64,000 nt of DNA. It comes from the human T2T-CHM13v2.0 reference genome, Homo sapiens. Positions 39,561 to 55,227 of the stretch are shown here, piece by piece (position 1 is the stretch's first letter; every line of letters begins with the position of its first letter). Below the pieces are notes generated by a model that was not told the origin of the DNA, did no database searches, and was given only the letters and a program-made list of their open reading frames with translations. Location of the stretch: assembly GCF_009914755.1 (NCBI RefSeq), contig NC_060934.1; one strand, written 5' to 3'. The translations under genes were made by a program, and so were the position numbers.

Positions 39561-40279
39561 ATGATTTTTATTAAGTGCCATTGCTCTCTCCTATAATGTG
39601 ATTTATTTGTACGTAATGTCTCCCTAGCTGTGGGGTCCCTCATATTTGTCTATATGTCTGCCCCCCACCCCCCACCAAAGGCCCAACTTTTTTTTTTTTT
39701 TACCTCAAATATGCACAAAATTGAGTCTTTATTTTAGTACTCAGAAGACAGTGTAATTCCAGCCCAGTTTCTTCCATTATTTCCAGTACCTCTGAGCTGA
39801 GCAGGTCTGGGTGATTTGTGAGTCTTCATGTGTGATAATGTGTAGCCTCTACTTCAACTGTCTTCTAGGTGGCAAGAACTTCTGGCTTCCTTCCCTGAAG
39901 AGACCAGCTGAAGTTTGAAGCTCCGCACTCTCAAAGAGCTTGACAGTTGCAAGGATATTTTCAGTGTGATAAAGGGCGTAGTTTCCATTGGCTGATTTTA
40001 AGAAGTAATACACATGGAATGTGATTAAACTTGTGTCTTCTGCTTATCAAACAGGTGGACTTTTAAGCTAATCTAGAGAGTTGAGCTGGTTAGCATTTAT
40101 CTACATTTAATCAGATCTAATGTTGGATAGTTCTACTTAGACATGTTTCTCTATATGACTCTAGACATTCCCTCCTGTGGCTAGAAATCAACCTCTTTAT
40201 AATCCTGCCTCCCAAACTGGCCACTCTGATTCTAGGAACTTTGTGGTATGCTGTTGTCTTCATGTCCTCAATTCTCCAC

Positions 40280-40510
40280 ACTGCTGTGTAGTGTGGACCA
40301 GTGGACATCTCATGGGTCTTTGGAGTCAGACAAACTGGGCCGCAGAGTCGATGTTGATATTACTGAACACTTCTCAGTCACAATGTCCTCATCTGGGTAA
40401 ATAAGGCTAATATTGTCTACTGCTAGGACTGTTGTAAAGGAATAAATGATGCACAAGTGTTATGTGATAAAACAACGTGTGTGATAGATAGAGGACCCAA
40501 TGAATGTTAA
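40280..40510 (+). mobile_element. MIR SINE
   Basis: GGGTCTTTGGAGTCAGACAAACTGGG...CCTCATCTGGGTAAATAAGGCTAATA...GGACTGTTGTAAAGG. Confidence 0.8.
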
Positions 40511-40646
40511 TCATCTCCTCTATGCTTTCTCTCCTTTTCTCACAACTAAACATCATGAGAAATAAGTCTAGCCAAAAGGATAAGCATATATCTTAAGTAG
40601 GGCTTCCCTTTTACCTGTAAACATCCTCACTTTTTAAAAAACATAG

Positions 40647-40922
<276 letters not shown>

Positions 40923-42967
40923 GGCAAAGTGTTTTTAAAGAGAAATACCTTTTTAGATTCCAAAAATATTTACTACTTGAATGATTATTGACAGTAAACA
41001 GCCATCATTTACGTGAAAGGTAAAACATGTGCTTTATTTTATTTTTTAAAACATGTTCTTACGAGACCTCAAGGCTCAACTGACACTTTTTTAAAAGAGA
41101 CAGTAGAAATTGAAGAAAACGATAAAATTTAAGAAGAACGATTTCTAAAACTTATCCCAAAATCATTGAAAGAAGTACGTTGGTGTTTTCAACTAAGTTA
41201 TTTTGAAGAATTGAGATCATTCTAGACAATCACAGTCTTGGCCACATGAGCAGTTAAAATTAATACAACATGGCTATGATAATGACATTTTATTATATTA
41301 ATTACAGTGAAAATGTATTGTTCAAGAAAATATTTTCTCTAGGAGAGGTCAGGTCATTTTGTAAAAAATGTTCAAGTTTGTAATGAGACTACATAACTTC
41401 TTATGTTTGTTTCTTTGGGAGTCGTAACAAAACCTTAAGAAATGAGATCTTCATTACAAATAGATTCATATGTGCTCATAAGAAATCAATTTCCTTTATG
41501 CCTTTAACAACTAGCAGATGAGAATAAAATGGAATAAAACTATGGTTATGCTTTAAAGTACTGGCAATAGTTTTAACAAATGAGACTTCATTTACGTCTT
41601 CAATATATGTATATTGTTAATTTATTATCTCTAAGTAACACAGAAATTCATGTGAGTCCAGTGTAGTGGGAGCTGAGACACAGGGAGTATAAACTGAATC
41701 CAGACACTTGCTTCAGTCAAGTATTTTTAGATAGTTGCCTTAGTCACATGATCCTTGTCTGGACAGTATTAACTTCCTTTGCTGATATCTATTCTAAATG
41801 ATACATTTTGGGAACATAATCATGCCTAACCCAGCAGTGAAACCCTATCCAAACATATCAGTTTGAAAATTGGTAAGGAAGATGCTGGATAATAAAATGT
41901 AGATATATTTTAGTTCCTAATGAGCTAAGTTATGTTTCTGGTTGTGTTTTACAAATTATTCATAATTACCCTTTGGGAATTAGTTTACCTAAACTTTAAA
42001 GAACACACATTTCCAATTATCAATAAAATTTAAGTAGCATAGAAAAAGATTGTATATACATTTTTGAATTGATCCTTCCAGAAATCTTATGAAGTAGCCG
42101 TTCTTATGTCCATTTGGACAGAAAACAATTATGGTATTTAGGGAAACTAAGTAATGTATCAAGGTCATGTATACAGCTGCTTTTTTTTTTCCTTCTTGGC
42201 CACATAATGTCATTTTGGAGTTGTGAGCCATGGGGTAACATTGTCAGGTTTGTAGCGTAGATTAATTTTTCTGGCAGAAATGTGAATGGTCAATTTGTGA
42301 GATCCAAGACTGGAAGCAGGGTCATGTATCACCCTTAGCTCCTATCTTTCCATCATAGCCCATGTCCCACACATCAGGAAAGCTGTTAGCTATAATTTGA
42401 ACATGTATCAACAAGTCAACTTACTTATGTAAGGCCACTGCCTGTATCTTCCTGGCTTCAGCCTGTCAACTCCTTCCTTCATATACAGTAGCCTCCTAAT
42501 TTATTCACAAAATGCTCCAAAATGAATATATTAACTTACTAACCTTACGACTGTAGCAAATACTAACAGTTGAGTAGGAAATTTACTTAATAGGCAGCTT
42601 GAAAGAAAATTCAAGTCAATGCAGTACATTTCTGCTGCAAATCATTTCTGTTGCAAAATTACTCCATTTGATTCTTGTTTTTCAGTGGTCTTGCCAGAAC
42701 AAAGTTGCTATTCTGGGTTTGTTTTTTCTCTTTTAAAATAATTTTATTCAATTTATGAATTTGTTTCAGTTTTTAATAGAATACCCTGACAAACATTGTA
42801 TGGAAATTCCAAACTAAAACTAAACAAACATTGCCGTGTTTTCAACTGTTTCTTTTTTATACTGCTCTGAAGAAGAAAACAATTCTCCCTGAACAAATTC
42901 CTATTACAATGAAGGCAAAGATCATGTTTTAAAAATATTTACTGCCACTATTTGAAGAAAACTTCTA

Positions 42968-43432
<465 letters not shown>

Positions 43433-45690
43433 TTACTACGCAAGTGCCCTATTTTCTACACATAGGAAAGCTAATGAATTGTTAGTCTTGTTTTTTAAAC
43501 TTGGAAAACTTAAGTCACTTTTTTTGTACTGATATTTTCCTGATTTCAAAAAAAGTTACCCAAATTAAGAAGCTAAGAGGAAAATGTATTTCCAGTTAAC
43601 TGAAATATTAAGTTGAGCAATCATTTCATATAGGATCTGCGTTCATGTAAGTGCATGTAAATGCTCTCAGGGTAGATGTATGTTTGGGACCTAATAAAGT
43701 TTCCTCCTCTGGTTTTAGAAACAGGTTAGGATCACAAAATCATGATACAACTAACAACTTCAACAATCATCCTCCTTTGTTTGGAGCCCATTGCAAAACC
43801 TCTTCATAAAATTGAACCCATACATATAGTATGATGCTTGCAAATCTGAAAAATCCCTTTTTGGACAAACTAACTCATCTTGCAAAACTTCCTACCTGGA
43901 GTTTCCTCTCAGTAATCCTTAACAGGACCAAACATCCCTAATTGTATAAACTAAAGAAAATTAAGACTAGCAAGACTTCACATTGACCCCAGAATTATTT
44001 CTAAAGTTGCCAAATACGTTTTTGTCTTTGTGTCTGTAGCAAATCTCTTACTCTTGGGACCTCATTACCTGAGTCCCAGGACACCTCAAACTTCTCTGAA
44101 AAGCCAAATTGCCTTACCATGGGCCTGTCGAGAATTCCTGTCCCTCTTCAATATTTGTCTTACCTTTGATTCCTGTTTTATTCAACTTTAATGAATCCTA
44201 CTGTCTCTTCATGGACCCACTATCCACACCTGTGGAGTCTGGGAACGTTCAATGTGGTAGAAAAATGTAAAATTTTTATTTATATAAAAACAGAAGACTT
44301 GTAATTCAGCAGCTGTGCAGTGTTTTTCTAGCAACTGTGTGCTCTTTTGCATTTGGTACAGTATAAACTTCTAGTTTGTTCTGCTGTCATGGAACATGGT
44401 CCCAGTAAACCTTCCTGAGGTCAGCAACTTGGACCTTCTGCTGTCTAGGTCCCATGCTTGGCGTAGTGTGGATAATAATGTTAAATATTATATGGTTTTG
44501 GCTTCACTGAGCCATATCAGAACATTCACAAATAGCTGTCATACAAATTCCTGCTTCTTATTGCCCCTTTTCCACTGTGCATAGATGCAAGAAAATAGTT
44601 TCATGGCCAGGTGCTCTTTGTTTCAGCTTCCTTTGTTTCTCCCAAGGCTGCATGGCAAATGTATGATTTGTTCATTCTTTTAAAAAAAATTGAGTGCTAA
44701 GTGCCAGGCATTATGAATGTATGTATGCTTGGAAGAGGGGGAGAGCAGTGTTATTATCTAACTCACATTTTGAAAAGATCACTCTGATTGCTTTGTAGAA
44801 AATGGTAAGGGGTGTTGAGGAGGGGTGCTGATGTGTCTGGACAAGTAAAAACATTCCCTAGTTGTGATTAGTTCAAAAGGAAGCTTAATAGTCTAAGAAA
44901 TAAATGTAAGGTATTAGTTTGAAAAAAGGTCATGCTGATTAATTGCATGTGCAAGGGGAGGGGAAAAGAGAGGGGAGATTTCTTGATTTATGGGTAGGTG
45001 GCCTTGTGTTTAGTTAGGAACACTGGGAGAGGAATGGCTCATGGGCAGAATCATGAGTTTGGAAATATTATGTTTGAGGCTCATTTAAGATACACAATTG
45101 GAGATGTCAAACAGGCAACTGAATATATTTAATATGAGCCTTGATCTGGATAATTCTTTAGAGGAGTTAAACATTGGGGTTTTTATAGAATATAAATTGT
45201 ATTTAACCTAGTTTTTGAAAGCATCTAGGATAGAATACAGATTAGGAAGAGGATGGGTTCCAGGACTGAGCCCAGAGATTCCTCAGGTAAAGTAAAGAAA
45301 GAGAAGGTAGGACTAAGAGACTGAGGAGTGAACCGTGAGGTTGCTGGAAAACCAGGAGACTGTACTGTTTCAGAAGCCAATAGATTCATGCATTTTAAGA
45401 ATGACAGAGTGGCCAGTTACATTGAAGGCTGTTTAAAGTCGAGAAGGATGCTTGGAATGTGTCCATTAGATTTGGCAACATGGAAATTGCTGGTAACCAA
45501 AATGCCAGAGAAGGTTTATCAGAGTGGCTGCTGCTGTTGAAGCCAAAGTGGGAGTGATCTGAGTTGCTGATGGGAGTGTCTGTTGACCTATCTTTTGAGA
45601 AGTTTGGCTAAGGGCAGCAGAGAAATAGCATGGTTGATGGAGGGGCTACGGGGTAAAGGAAGTTGCTGTGCCTTAAAAATGACACCTTAG

Positions 45691-45802
45691 AGCTGGGTGT
45701 GTTGGCATGCACCTGCAGCCTCAGCTACTCCGGAGGCTGAAGTGGGAGGATCGCTTGAGCCCAGGAGTTCAAGTCCAGCCTGGGTGCTGTAAGGATACCT
45801 GA

Positions 45803-45808
<6 letters not shown>
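45691..45808 (+). mobile_element. FLAM_A-like Alu monomer
   Basis: GCTGGGTGTGTTGGCATGCACCTGCAGCCTCAGCTACTCCGGAGGCTGAAGTGGGAGGATCGCTTGAGCCCAGGAGTTC. TSD-like GACACCTTA at 45681 and GATACCTTA at 45856. Confidence 0.85.

Positions 45809-45855
<47 letters not shown>
45809..45855 (+). repeat. (AC)23 microsatellite in the FLAM tail
   Basis: Direct reading. Confidence 0.97.
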
Positions 45856-45857
<2 letters not shown>

Positions 45858-45867
45858 TACCTTAGAG

Positions 45868-46138
45868 CAGCATTTATTAAACCGCAGTTTGTGAACCATA
45901 AGTGGTCTTAAAATATTTTTATTGGGTTGCAATAATCATTTAAAACATTAATTGGAGTAAAAGAGAAAATAGGGTACATGCCATGTGGTAAAGGTAAGAA
46001 TTTTATTTTTGTGGACTATATTATTATGAAGAATTTACAAATAGTTACATATCTACACACATATACTGGTGTATATTGGATTGTAATATAAAATGTATTT
46101 CTTCACGTGAATTACGGTTTTAAAATTTGAAGGCCATC
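45868..46138. mobile_element. hAT-Charlie non-autonomous element
   Basis: CAGCATTTATTAAAC...GGTAAAGGTAAGAATT...TAAAATGTATTTCTT...AATTTGAAGGCCA. Related to the terminus at ~27.6 kb. Confidence 0.55.
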
Positions 46139-46409
46139 AAACTAGGGAATGTTTGCATGCTGATAGGGATAATCTAGTAGAGAGAAAGAAACTGATGACA
46201 CAAGAGAGTGGGAAAACCAAAGGTGTAAAGTCCTTGAGCAGAGTGAAGAACTTTTCACACAATCTTCTCTCTTTTCTCATTTATTTACCATGTGGCTTCC
46301 AGGTAGTCATCATCAATCTAACCGTAACTGAACAAATCCCATGTTTCTGCAGGTATGTGCGGCAGTGCTGATGTTTTTGTCAACAGCAATGATTTGACAT
46401 CAGCACTGG

Positions 46410-46798
46410 GCTTTGGTTTAAATTGTTTCCTCTCTCCTTTTTCTAAATGTGTATGTTAAAGTTCTAACCACCAGTACCTCGAAGTATGACTATATTTGGA
46501 GATAATGTCTTTAAAGAGGTAATTATATTAAAATGAGGACGTTAAGGTGGGCCCTAATCCAGTATGACCAGAGCCTGTATGAGAAGTCTGGACACAGGCA
46601 GGCACAGAAGAAAGACCATGGGAAGACGCTGGGAGATGATGGACGTCTGTGAGCCAAGGAGTCTTCAGAAGAAACTGGCTCTGCTTACAACTTGATCTTG
46701 GACTTCTAGCCTCCAACATTGTTGAGAAAATGAATTGCAGTTGTTTAAGCCACTAAGTCTGTGGTGTTTTCTTACGGCAGCCCTAGCAAATGAGTACA
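46410..46798 (+). mobile_element. MLT1A0/B-like MaLR solo LTR
   Basis: TATGTTAAAGTTCTAACC...TATTTGGAGATAATGTCTTTAAAGAGGTAATT...GGTGGGCCCTAATCCAGTATGAC...TTGGACTTCTAGCCTCCA...GGCAGCCCTAGCAAATGAGTACA. Confidence 0.9.
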
Positions 46799-46829
46799 TA
46801 CTGTCATGCTTGTTATTTGATTTGGCCTT

Positions 46830-46960
46830 TGATTGTTACAACAGCCTGAGGTGTGGAGGACCAGAATTATAAATGCCAGTTTACAGATGAGAACACTGAG
46901 ATGAAGAGATAAATGACTGACCGAAGGTCAGGGATCAAAATAGCTAGTAAGTGATACACA
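46830..46960 (-). mobile_element. MIR fragment
   Basis: CCAGTTTACAGATGAGAACACTGAG...TGACCGAAGGTCA...GCTAGTAAGTG. Confidence 0.75.
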
Positions 46961-47717
46961 AAGTGTCGTAGATCTTTTCCAAGTGTTGTTTCCTTGGCAA
47001 AAGCCTTGGTGGCAGGCCCTGTAGTCATGGCCTGCCTGTAGTGGTAGATATGACTCTATGCTGGTCCATTAATTAGTGCCAAAAGCTACATTTCTCTGCA
47101 AATATAGATTCTAGTGTGTTCTGAAATAAGACTTACAACACTTAAAAACTTAAGGATGCCTAGTGATGAAATATATTAACATTTTTTAACCATCACTTTT
47201 ATGTAGCCCATGAAATTATACAGCTCAATAAACATTTGAAAGTTTAGTCTCTCAATGAGAAGTGATAAAATTTGACCCGTGCATGAAAAGAAGACAGCTG
47301 ATTCTTTAAAGCCTTTTTGAAGAGCTATGACATTTCTGTAAACATGCACCAAGGAATATCTGAATAAAGCAATAATCGATCAACTAACATTGTGTTGGTT
47401 TCCTGATACAAACACCTGAAGTGAATGATACCAGTAAAGTTACCATCCTTTTTTCTGCAATGCTTTTTAGGTCATTTTAATTTTAAGCTACATGCTCTTA
47501 ACTTGAATTTTAAACTTCTTAATGGAATGTACTTACAATGAATAAATGCTCTGAGTGACACTTAGAGTTTGCAACACGTTTAGCATGTTGTGCTGATTCA
47601 CTAACGTACGCTTTCTTTCAGATTACTTTTACTAAGTAAAAGTAGTCTACCCTTACACTGGTGAATAAGACAATATTTCAAAAAATTCCTAAGGTAACAT
47701 AGAGGAAATGTGTATTT

Positions 47718-47743
47718 TGTGTGTGTGTGTGTGTGTGTGTGTG
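47718..47743 (+). repeat. (TG)13 microsatellite
   Basis: Direct reading. Confidence 0.97.
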
Positions 47744-47899
47744 AATCACCTTTCAGTATAATGAGAAATTTTATTTCACCTTATGAAAACACATGAGTTT
47801 TTTTAGCATACAAACTTAAAGATCAAATTTTTAGGTTGTACGTTGTGTCTGTCTTCAGCTGTGTAATGCTAAATAGATCTTCAGGTTACCATCTTATCT

Positions 47900-49570
<1,671 letters not shown>

Positions 49571-49819
49571 TAAAACCAGGATAGCAACCTCATGGGCCTA
49601 TTTATGAAACAATACCTATTTATATGCTACAACTTTTTCACCTGTTATCGTGAATGACAATTGACATCTAACAATGGGAACCATAAACACTGTTGAGCTC
49701 TAAATGCTTTCCCAGTGCATTAAAAAAATTAAATTGACTTTCTTTTTCATTATTTTTCTCTACCTCTCTCAGAAACAACTTCTATTATTTACTCATTATT
49801 ATCTTATTCCCTAATTTTT

Positions 49820-50200
49820 TTATTTTATTCAACAGATACTTACTGATTGCTCACCAATTTGCCAGGCACAGCTGGTTTTGGGGGGCATTCCATGATGAAT
49901 AAAAGTAGCAAGATCCCATTTCTCATGAGGCTTCTGGATTAACAAGGGAGACATGCATTATATAGAAAATTACATAATGGTTATTTCCTTACAATCCGAT
50001 GGTTACTCTGAAGCACAAGTGTAGCATGCTGTCAGAGTGCTTAGAAGATCGGGAGGGAATAGTGCTAATACATAGTTTGGAAGGTCAGGGAAAGACATCT
50101 GAACTTGACCACACTATTGAGTATGAGTTCGACAGGCAAAGATGGGACCTTGAGCATGTAGAATACTCCAGTGACAAGAGTAGATGTAAACAAAATAGCT
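49820..50200 (-). mobile_element. L2 3' end fragment
   Basis: TTTATTCAACAGATACTTACTGATTGC...TGCCAGGCACAG...GATGAATAAAA...CTCATGAGGCTT. Confidence 0.7.
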
Positions 50201-51899
50201 CTAAAAATAGTGTTCAGTGAAAAGTGATTTGCTATAAATATTACATAGGTGTGCTAAATAGAAAAATAGAAAAATGATTGAGGACAGCAAATATCTGTTG
50301 AATGTCCCTATTTGGAAGGTATTTAATATATCACTCTGAATTGTTCTCTGGTTAATTAGGAAAAGTAAGTTTAACCAAGGGGAGGGCAATGGATGTTGGT
50401 ACAGAGCTATTCAAGATCATGGCTACCTGTGTACTTGCCTCATGCAAGACCTGTCACCCATTGGAACTTCCATCATTTTTTCTCTGGATCCATTTCTGGT
50501 AGTCTCTTTATTTTGATCTCTATTTTTCCTTGGTACCCATGAGGAACACAATTTGAATAAAAGAAAAAAATGTATTCATAATTTAGAAAATGATTTTATT
50601 GGACCCACTAACATCACCAGGAAGAATGCAATGCAATATTGGCGGTGGGCATTTTGGTTAAGACTGGGTTGGTCATTTTAATACACCCTTTCAGCCAGTA
50701 TTCAGAGCAAGGCATGTGCTTGCCTAGACTTCACATTTTAGAAAAGCCAGGGCCTATATATGGAGAGTTCTTTTTTGTCAGTCTCATGAAATGAAGTGCT
50801 GCAGTTTGCATTTTTCCTATTCAGTTTCAAGTATGAACTTGATTTTAAAATTTAACTACAGTTTCGTTAAGATGTACTACAACTCCCAGCTAATTATGTA
50901 GATGTATCAAATATGTGTTTTATTTAAAAGCCGTATTACTATTTTGCTTTTATCCATCAATGATTCTTGGATAAAAGGTGGTAATAAAATGTTAATGTGT
51001 ATTTAGTCATATGCAAAAAAGTACTATAGAAATTTCTGAGGTGTACAATGACATGCATTATTGCTTCCATAAGCGTAAGAAAACTCAGAATGACAAGTCT
51101 ACACAAGCTAGGTTTCTTGTTCATCCAGGGGTGGCTTGCTTTGTAACCTTTTCCTGAATAGTAGACTAGGTACTGTCTTCCTTTTATTTCCCCTATAAAT
51201 TAGTTGCAGTGTTCTTGGGGTCCTTAGGGACTTCAGGTGGTTGAGCCTTTCACCAAGCATACATACCTAGTCTGTGAACAGAAGTCTAGGACTCTGGAAA
51301 GCACTGAGGGCAGAGATGCTTCCAGTCCTGTCCTTACACGACTTCCCCTGCCAAACTCCTCTCTTCCCTCAGGTATTTTTCTTAGTGCGTTAAAGATATT
51401 TCCTTTTACACTAAAGGAAGTCCAGTGAAGGTTGCACAGTGTGCAGTGGTGCACAAAAACAAAAACACAAAAAAGGGATGCATGCACTCTCAATAGAATT
51501 TTACATGGAAATTGGGAGAAGAGGACTCCATCTTTCTAGGGGACAATAATGGACACTGGCCAAAAGCAGCTGAGTGAGAGCTGAGACCAAATCCCTGGGA
51601 TCAGACCTTTCAGCCCCAGCCATGCCTCCTTTGGGCATTTGCCTTGTGGAAGACTGACAGCTCCTCAGTCAGTATAGAGGGCCAGAGACACAGCGCAGTA
51701 TAGAAGCACATGTATTATGACCTGGTCATGCCACCAATATGTGAGCTGTGCTTTTCTTTGACATTTTTCATTACTCAGTGAAAGAAGTAGAAGCCATGCT
51801 TGTCTTTTCTCTGCCCTGGAGAAGTGGAGATAACAAGGGCTCAGCCTCATGAGATCTGAGATGTAGGGCAGACTGTGTCCACAATGCAGAACTTCAGTG

Positions 51900-52120
51900 A
51901 ATAATTAAAAATGAGGGCACTTTCTAATGGTCTAATTGAGCACACGGTGAAGGAATTTCCAATAAGTTATGTTTAACCATCAAGTGACATTATAAGAAGA
52001 AAGAATTTCATCTTTATTTTATAGGTGAGAAAGCTGAGCCTTGGAGTGGGTAAGCCATTGGCCAAGGTCATAAACAAGTGTGTCCAATTCCAAACCTAAG
52101 CTCATAATGAGTACACTGTG
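51900..52120 (-). mobile_element. MIR fragment
   Basis: CTTTATTTTATAGGTGAGAAAGCTGAG...TTGGCCAAGGTCATA. Confidence 0.7.
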
Positions 52121-52895
52121 CTGTTGTAAAAGGGGCCGTCTCTCCCTCTTTCAGTCTTAATGGGAGAAATATTTAAAGGCATCTTTGTGAGAAAGTTTTC
52201 TGCAAAATATAATGTGGTTTGAAAAATATGAGTTACTGTGTTAGGTTCAGATTGTTAAGACTTTCTTTTAATGTAGAAGGTGTAGTGTCTATAACCATTA
52301 ATTTGTGTTGCACCCTCCCTTTTGTGAAGCTTATTAATAAAACAGTCTGCTACTCCATCCTCCAATTCCTGTACTTCCAGTGTTCAAGTCTGCTGATCAT
52401 CTACTGCCTAAAAAGTTTTCCCATAAACAGGAAAGGTTCCAGAAGTGACTTTATCAACAAAAACGCTGCTTCTTGCTGCTACAATTTCCTGAATTACAAG
52501 GCACAGATGGACATTAATTGGAGCGGGTGTTTTGAGAGCCAGCACTACCTGCCTCACACTGCTGAGGGATATAGAGGTCTCTATTCCTTTCTAAGCACAG
52601 GACTCAGGAAGTATTCTGGAAGCAGCTCAGAAACTCAGGGTCCTGCAGGGATGTGCCTCTTTTGGAAGGGCAAGAAACCTCACTGATGAACAGAAGCCCC
52701 TCAACTTCAGATTGCAACCTCTTCTTGTGACACATGAGACGCTTCTTAAGATTTCAAAACAAAACTTGGTTTCCAGAGGGCAGCTAGTGAGCTCATCCTG
52801 TTTGGAGACCCAGGCTGTGTCTTATCTGTGTCAAATAGGTAATATTTTGACAGAAGTGTTTCCAACTAGCCCACCTCATACATAGAATATTGTAC

Positions 52896-55227
52896 TGCAT
52901 TGGTCTGTTGTCATGCTGCTAATATAGACATACCTGAGACTGGGTTATTTATAAAGGAAAGAGTTTTAATGGACTCACAGTTCCACATAGCTGGGGAGGC
53001 CTCACAATCATGGTGGAATGAAAGGAGAAGCAAGCCACGTCTTAAATGATAACAGGCAAGAGAGCTTGTTTAGGGGAACTTCCATTTATAGAAGCATCAC
53101 ATCTCATGAGACTTATTCACTATTACAAGAACAGTATGAGGACACCCACGCAGCGATTAAGTTATCTCCATCTGGCCCCACCCTTGACAAATGGGATTAT
53201 TACAATTCAAGGTGATATTTGGGTGGGGACACAGAGCCAACCATATCATTCCACCCCCGGCCCCTCTCAAATCTCATGTCCTCACATTTGAAAACACAAT
53301 CATGCCCTTCCAACAGTCTCCCAAAGTCTTAACTTATTCCAGCCTTAATCCAAAAGTCCAACAGTCCAAAGTCTCATTTGAGACAAGGTAAGTCCCTTCC
53401 ACCTATGAGCCTGTAAAATCAAAAGCAAGTTAGTTACTTCCTAGAAACAATGGCGGTGCAGGCATTGAGTAAATGCCCCCATTCCAAATGGGAGAAATTG
53501 GCCAAAACATAGAGACTACAGTCCCCATGCAAGTCTGAAATCCAGCGGGGTAGTCAAATTTTAGAGCTCCAAAATGATCTCCTTTGACTCCATGTCTCAC
53601 ATCCAAGTCATGCTGACGGAAGAGATGGGTTGCCATGGTCTTGGGCGTCTCCACCCCTGTGGCTTTGCAGCATTTATCCACCTTTCCAGCTGCTTTCAGA
53701 GGCTGGTGTTGAGTGTCTGTGTCTTTTCCAGATGCACAGTGCAAGCTGTCGGTGGATCTATCCTTCTGGGTTCTGGAGGATGGTGGCCCTATTCTCATGG
53801 CTCCACTAGGCAATGCCCCAGTGGGGACTCTGTGTGGGGGCTCCAACTCCACATTTCACTTCCCACACTGCCCTAGCAGAGGTTCTCCGTGAGGGCCTCG
53901 CCCCTGCAGCAAACTTCTGCCTGGATATCCAGGTATTTCCATACATCTTCTGAAATCTAGGTGGAGGTTCCCAAACCTCAGTTCTTTACTTCTGTGTACC
54001 CACATGCTCAACATCACGTGGAAGCTGCCATGGCTTGGGATTTGCACCCTCTGAAGCCATGGCCTGAGTTGTACCTTGGCCCCTTTTAGCCATGGCTGGA
54101 GTGGCTGGGATGCAGGACACCAAGTCCCTAGGCTACAAAGAGCAGGGGGACCCTGGTCCCAGCCCATGAAACCATTTTTTCTGCCTAGGGCTCTAGGCCT
54201 ATGAAGGGAGGAGCTGCTGTGAAGACCTCTGACATGCCATGGAGACATTTTACCCATTGTCTTGACAATTAACATTTGGCTCCTCATTATTTATGCAGAT
54301 TTCTCAGCTGGCTTGAATTTCTCCTCAGAAAATGGGTTTTTCTTTTCTATCACATTGTCAGGCAGCAAATTTTCCAAATTTTTATGCTCTACTTCCCTTT
54401 TAAACATAAGTTCCAACTCCAAACCATATCTTTGTGAATACATAAAACTGAATGCATTTGACAGCACTGAAGTCACCTCTTGAATGCTTTCCTGCTTAGA
54501 AATTTCTTCCACCAGATACCCTAAATTATATCTTTCAAGTTCAAATTTCCAGAGATCTCTAGGGCAGGGGCAAAATGTGACCAGTCTGTTTGTTAAAGCA
54601 TAAAAAGAGTCACCTTTGCTCCAATTACCAAAAAGTTTCTTATCTTCATCTGAGACCACCTCAGCTTAAGCTTCATTGTCCATACCACTGTCAGCATTTT
54701 GGTCAAAACTATTCAACAAATCTCTAGGAAGTTTTAAACCTTCCCACATTTTTCTGTCTTCTTCTGAGCCAACTAAACTGTTCCAAACTCTGCCTGTTAC
54801 CCAGTTCCAATGTCACTTCCACATTTTTGGGTATCTTTATAGCTGCACCCCACTCTACCAGTACCAATTTAATGTATTAGTTTGTTCTCATGCTACTAAT
54901 AAAGACTTAACCAAGACTGGGTAATTTATAAAGGAAATTGGTTTAATGGACTCACAGTTCCTCATGGCTTGGGAGGCCTCACAAGCATGGCAGAAGGCAA
55001 GGAGGAGCAATCACATCTTACATGGCAACAGGCAAGAGAGCTTGTGCAGGGGAACTCTCATTTATAAAACCATCAGATTTTGTGAGATTTATTGACTATC
55101 AGGAGAACAGTATGGGGGAAACCACTCCCATGATTCAATTATCTCCACCTCGCCTTGCCCTTGACACATGGGGATTATTACAATTCAAAGTGAGATTTGG
55201 GTGAAGACACTGAGCCAAACCATATCA
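52896..55227 (-). mobile_element. Full-length THE1C-type MaLR provirus: LTR (52896-53248), THE1-int (53249-54872), LTR (54873-55227)
   Basis: Both LTRs carry ACTGGGT.ATTTATAAAGGAAA...AATGGACTCACAGTTC...CAGGCAAGAGAGCTTG...CCATATCA. The internal ORF remnant GNWSKGDSFYAL..RLVTFCPCPRDLWKFELER.NLGYLVEEISKQ (54291-54659) is the characteristic MaLR ORF. Confidence 0.95.

Larger units (their letters stand above)
44670..46245 (-). mobile_element. L2 LINE fragments interrupted by a FLAM and a hAT MITE
   Basis: TTTTGAAAAGATCACTCTGATTGC, GGAGATGTCAAACAGGCAACTG, GGAAAACCAGGAGACTGT, TGTCCATTAGATTTGGCAACATGGA and GCTGATAGGGATAATCTAGTAGAGAG. Confidence 0.8.

Noticed and set aside
39661-39676. C-rich tract as a G-quadruplex on minus
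   Set aside because: Only two long G-runs plus GG, which is not a canonical four-tract G4.
39855-39960. Acceptor CTGTCTTCTAG|GTGGC as the start of a coding exon
   Set aside because: Stops occur in all three frames within 70 nt, and there is no good donor nearby.
52219-52686. 155-aa ORF
   Set aside because: TTG start, no recognisable homology and no supporting splice or promoter signals.
52768-52786. CTCF-like CCAGAGGGCAGC
   Set aside because: The 5' half (TTT instead of CCA/CCG) mismatches the core motif, so it cannot be supported from sequence alone.
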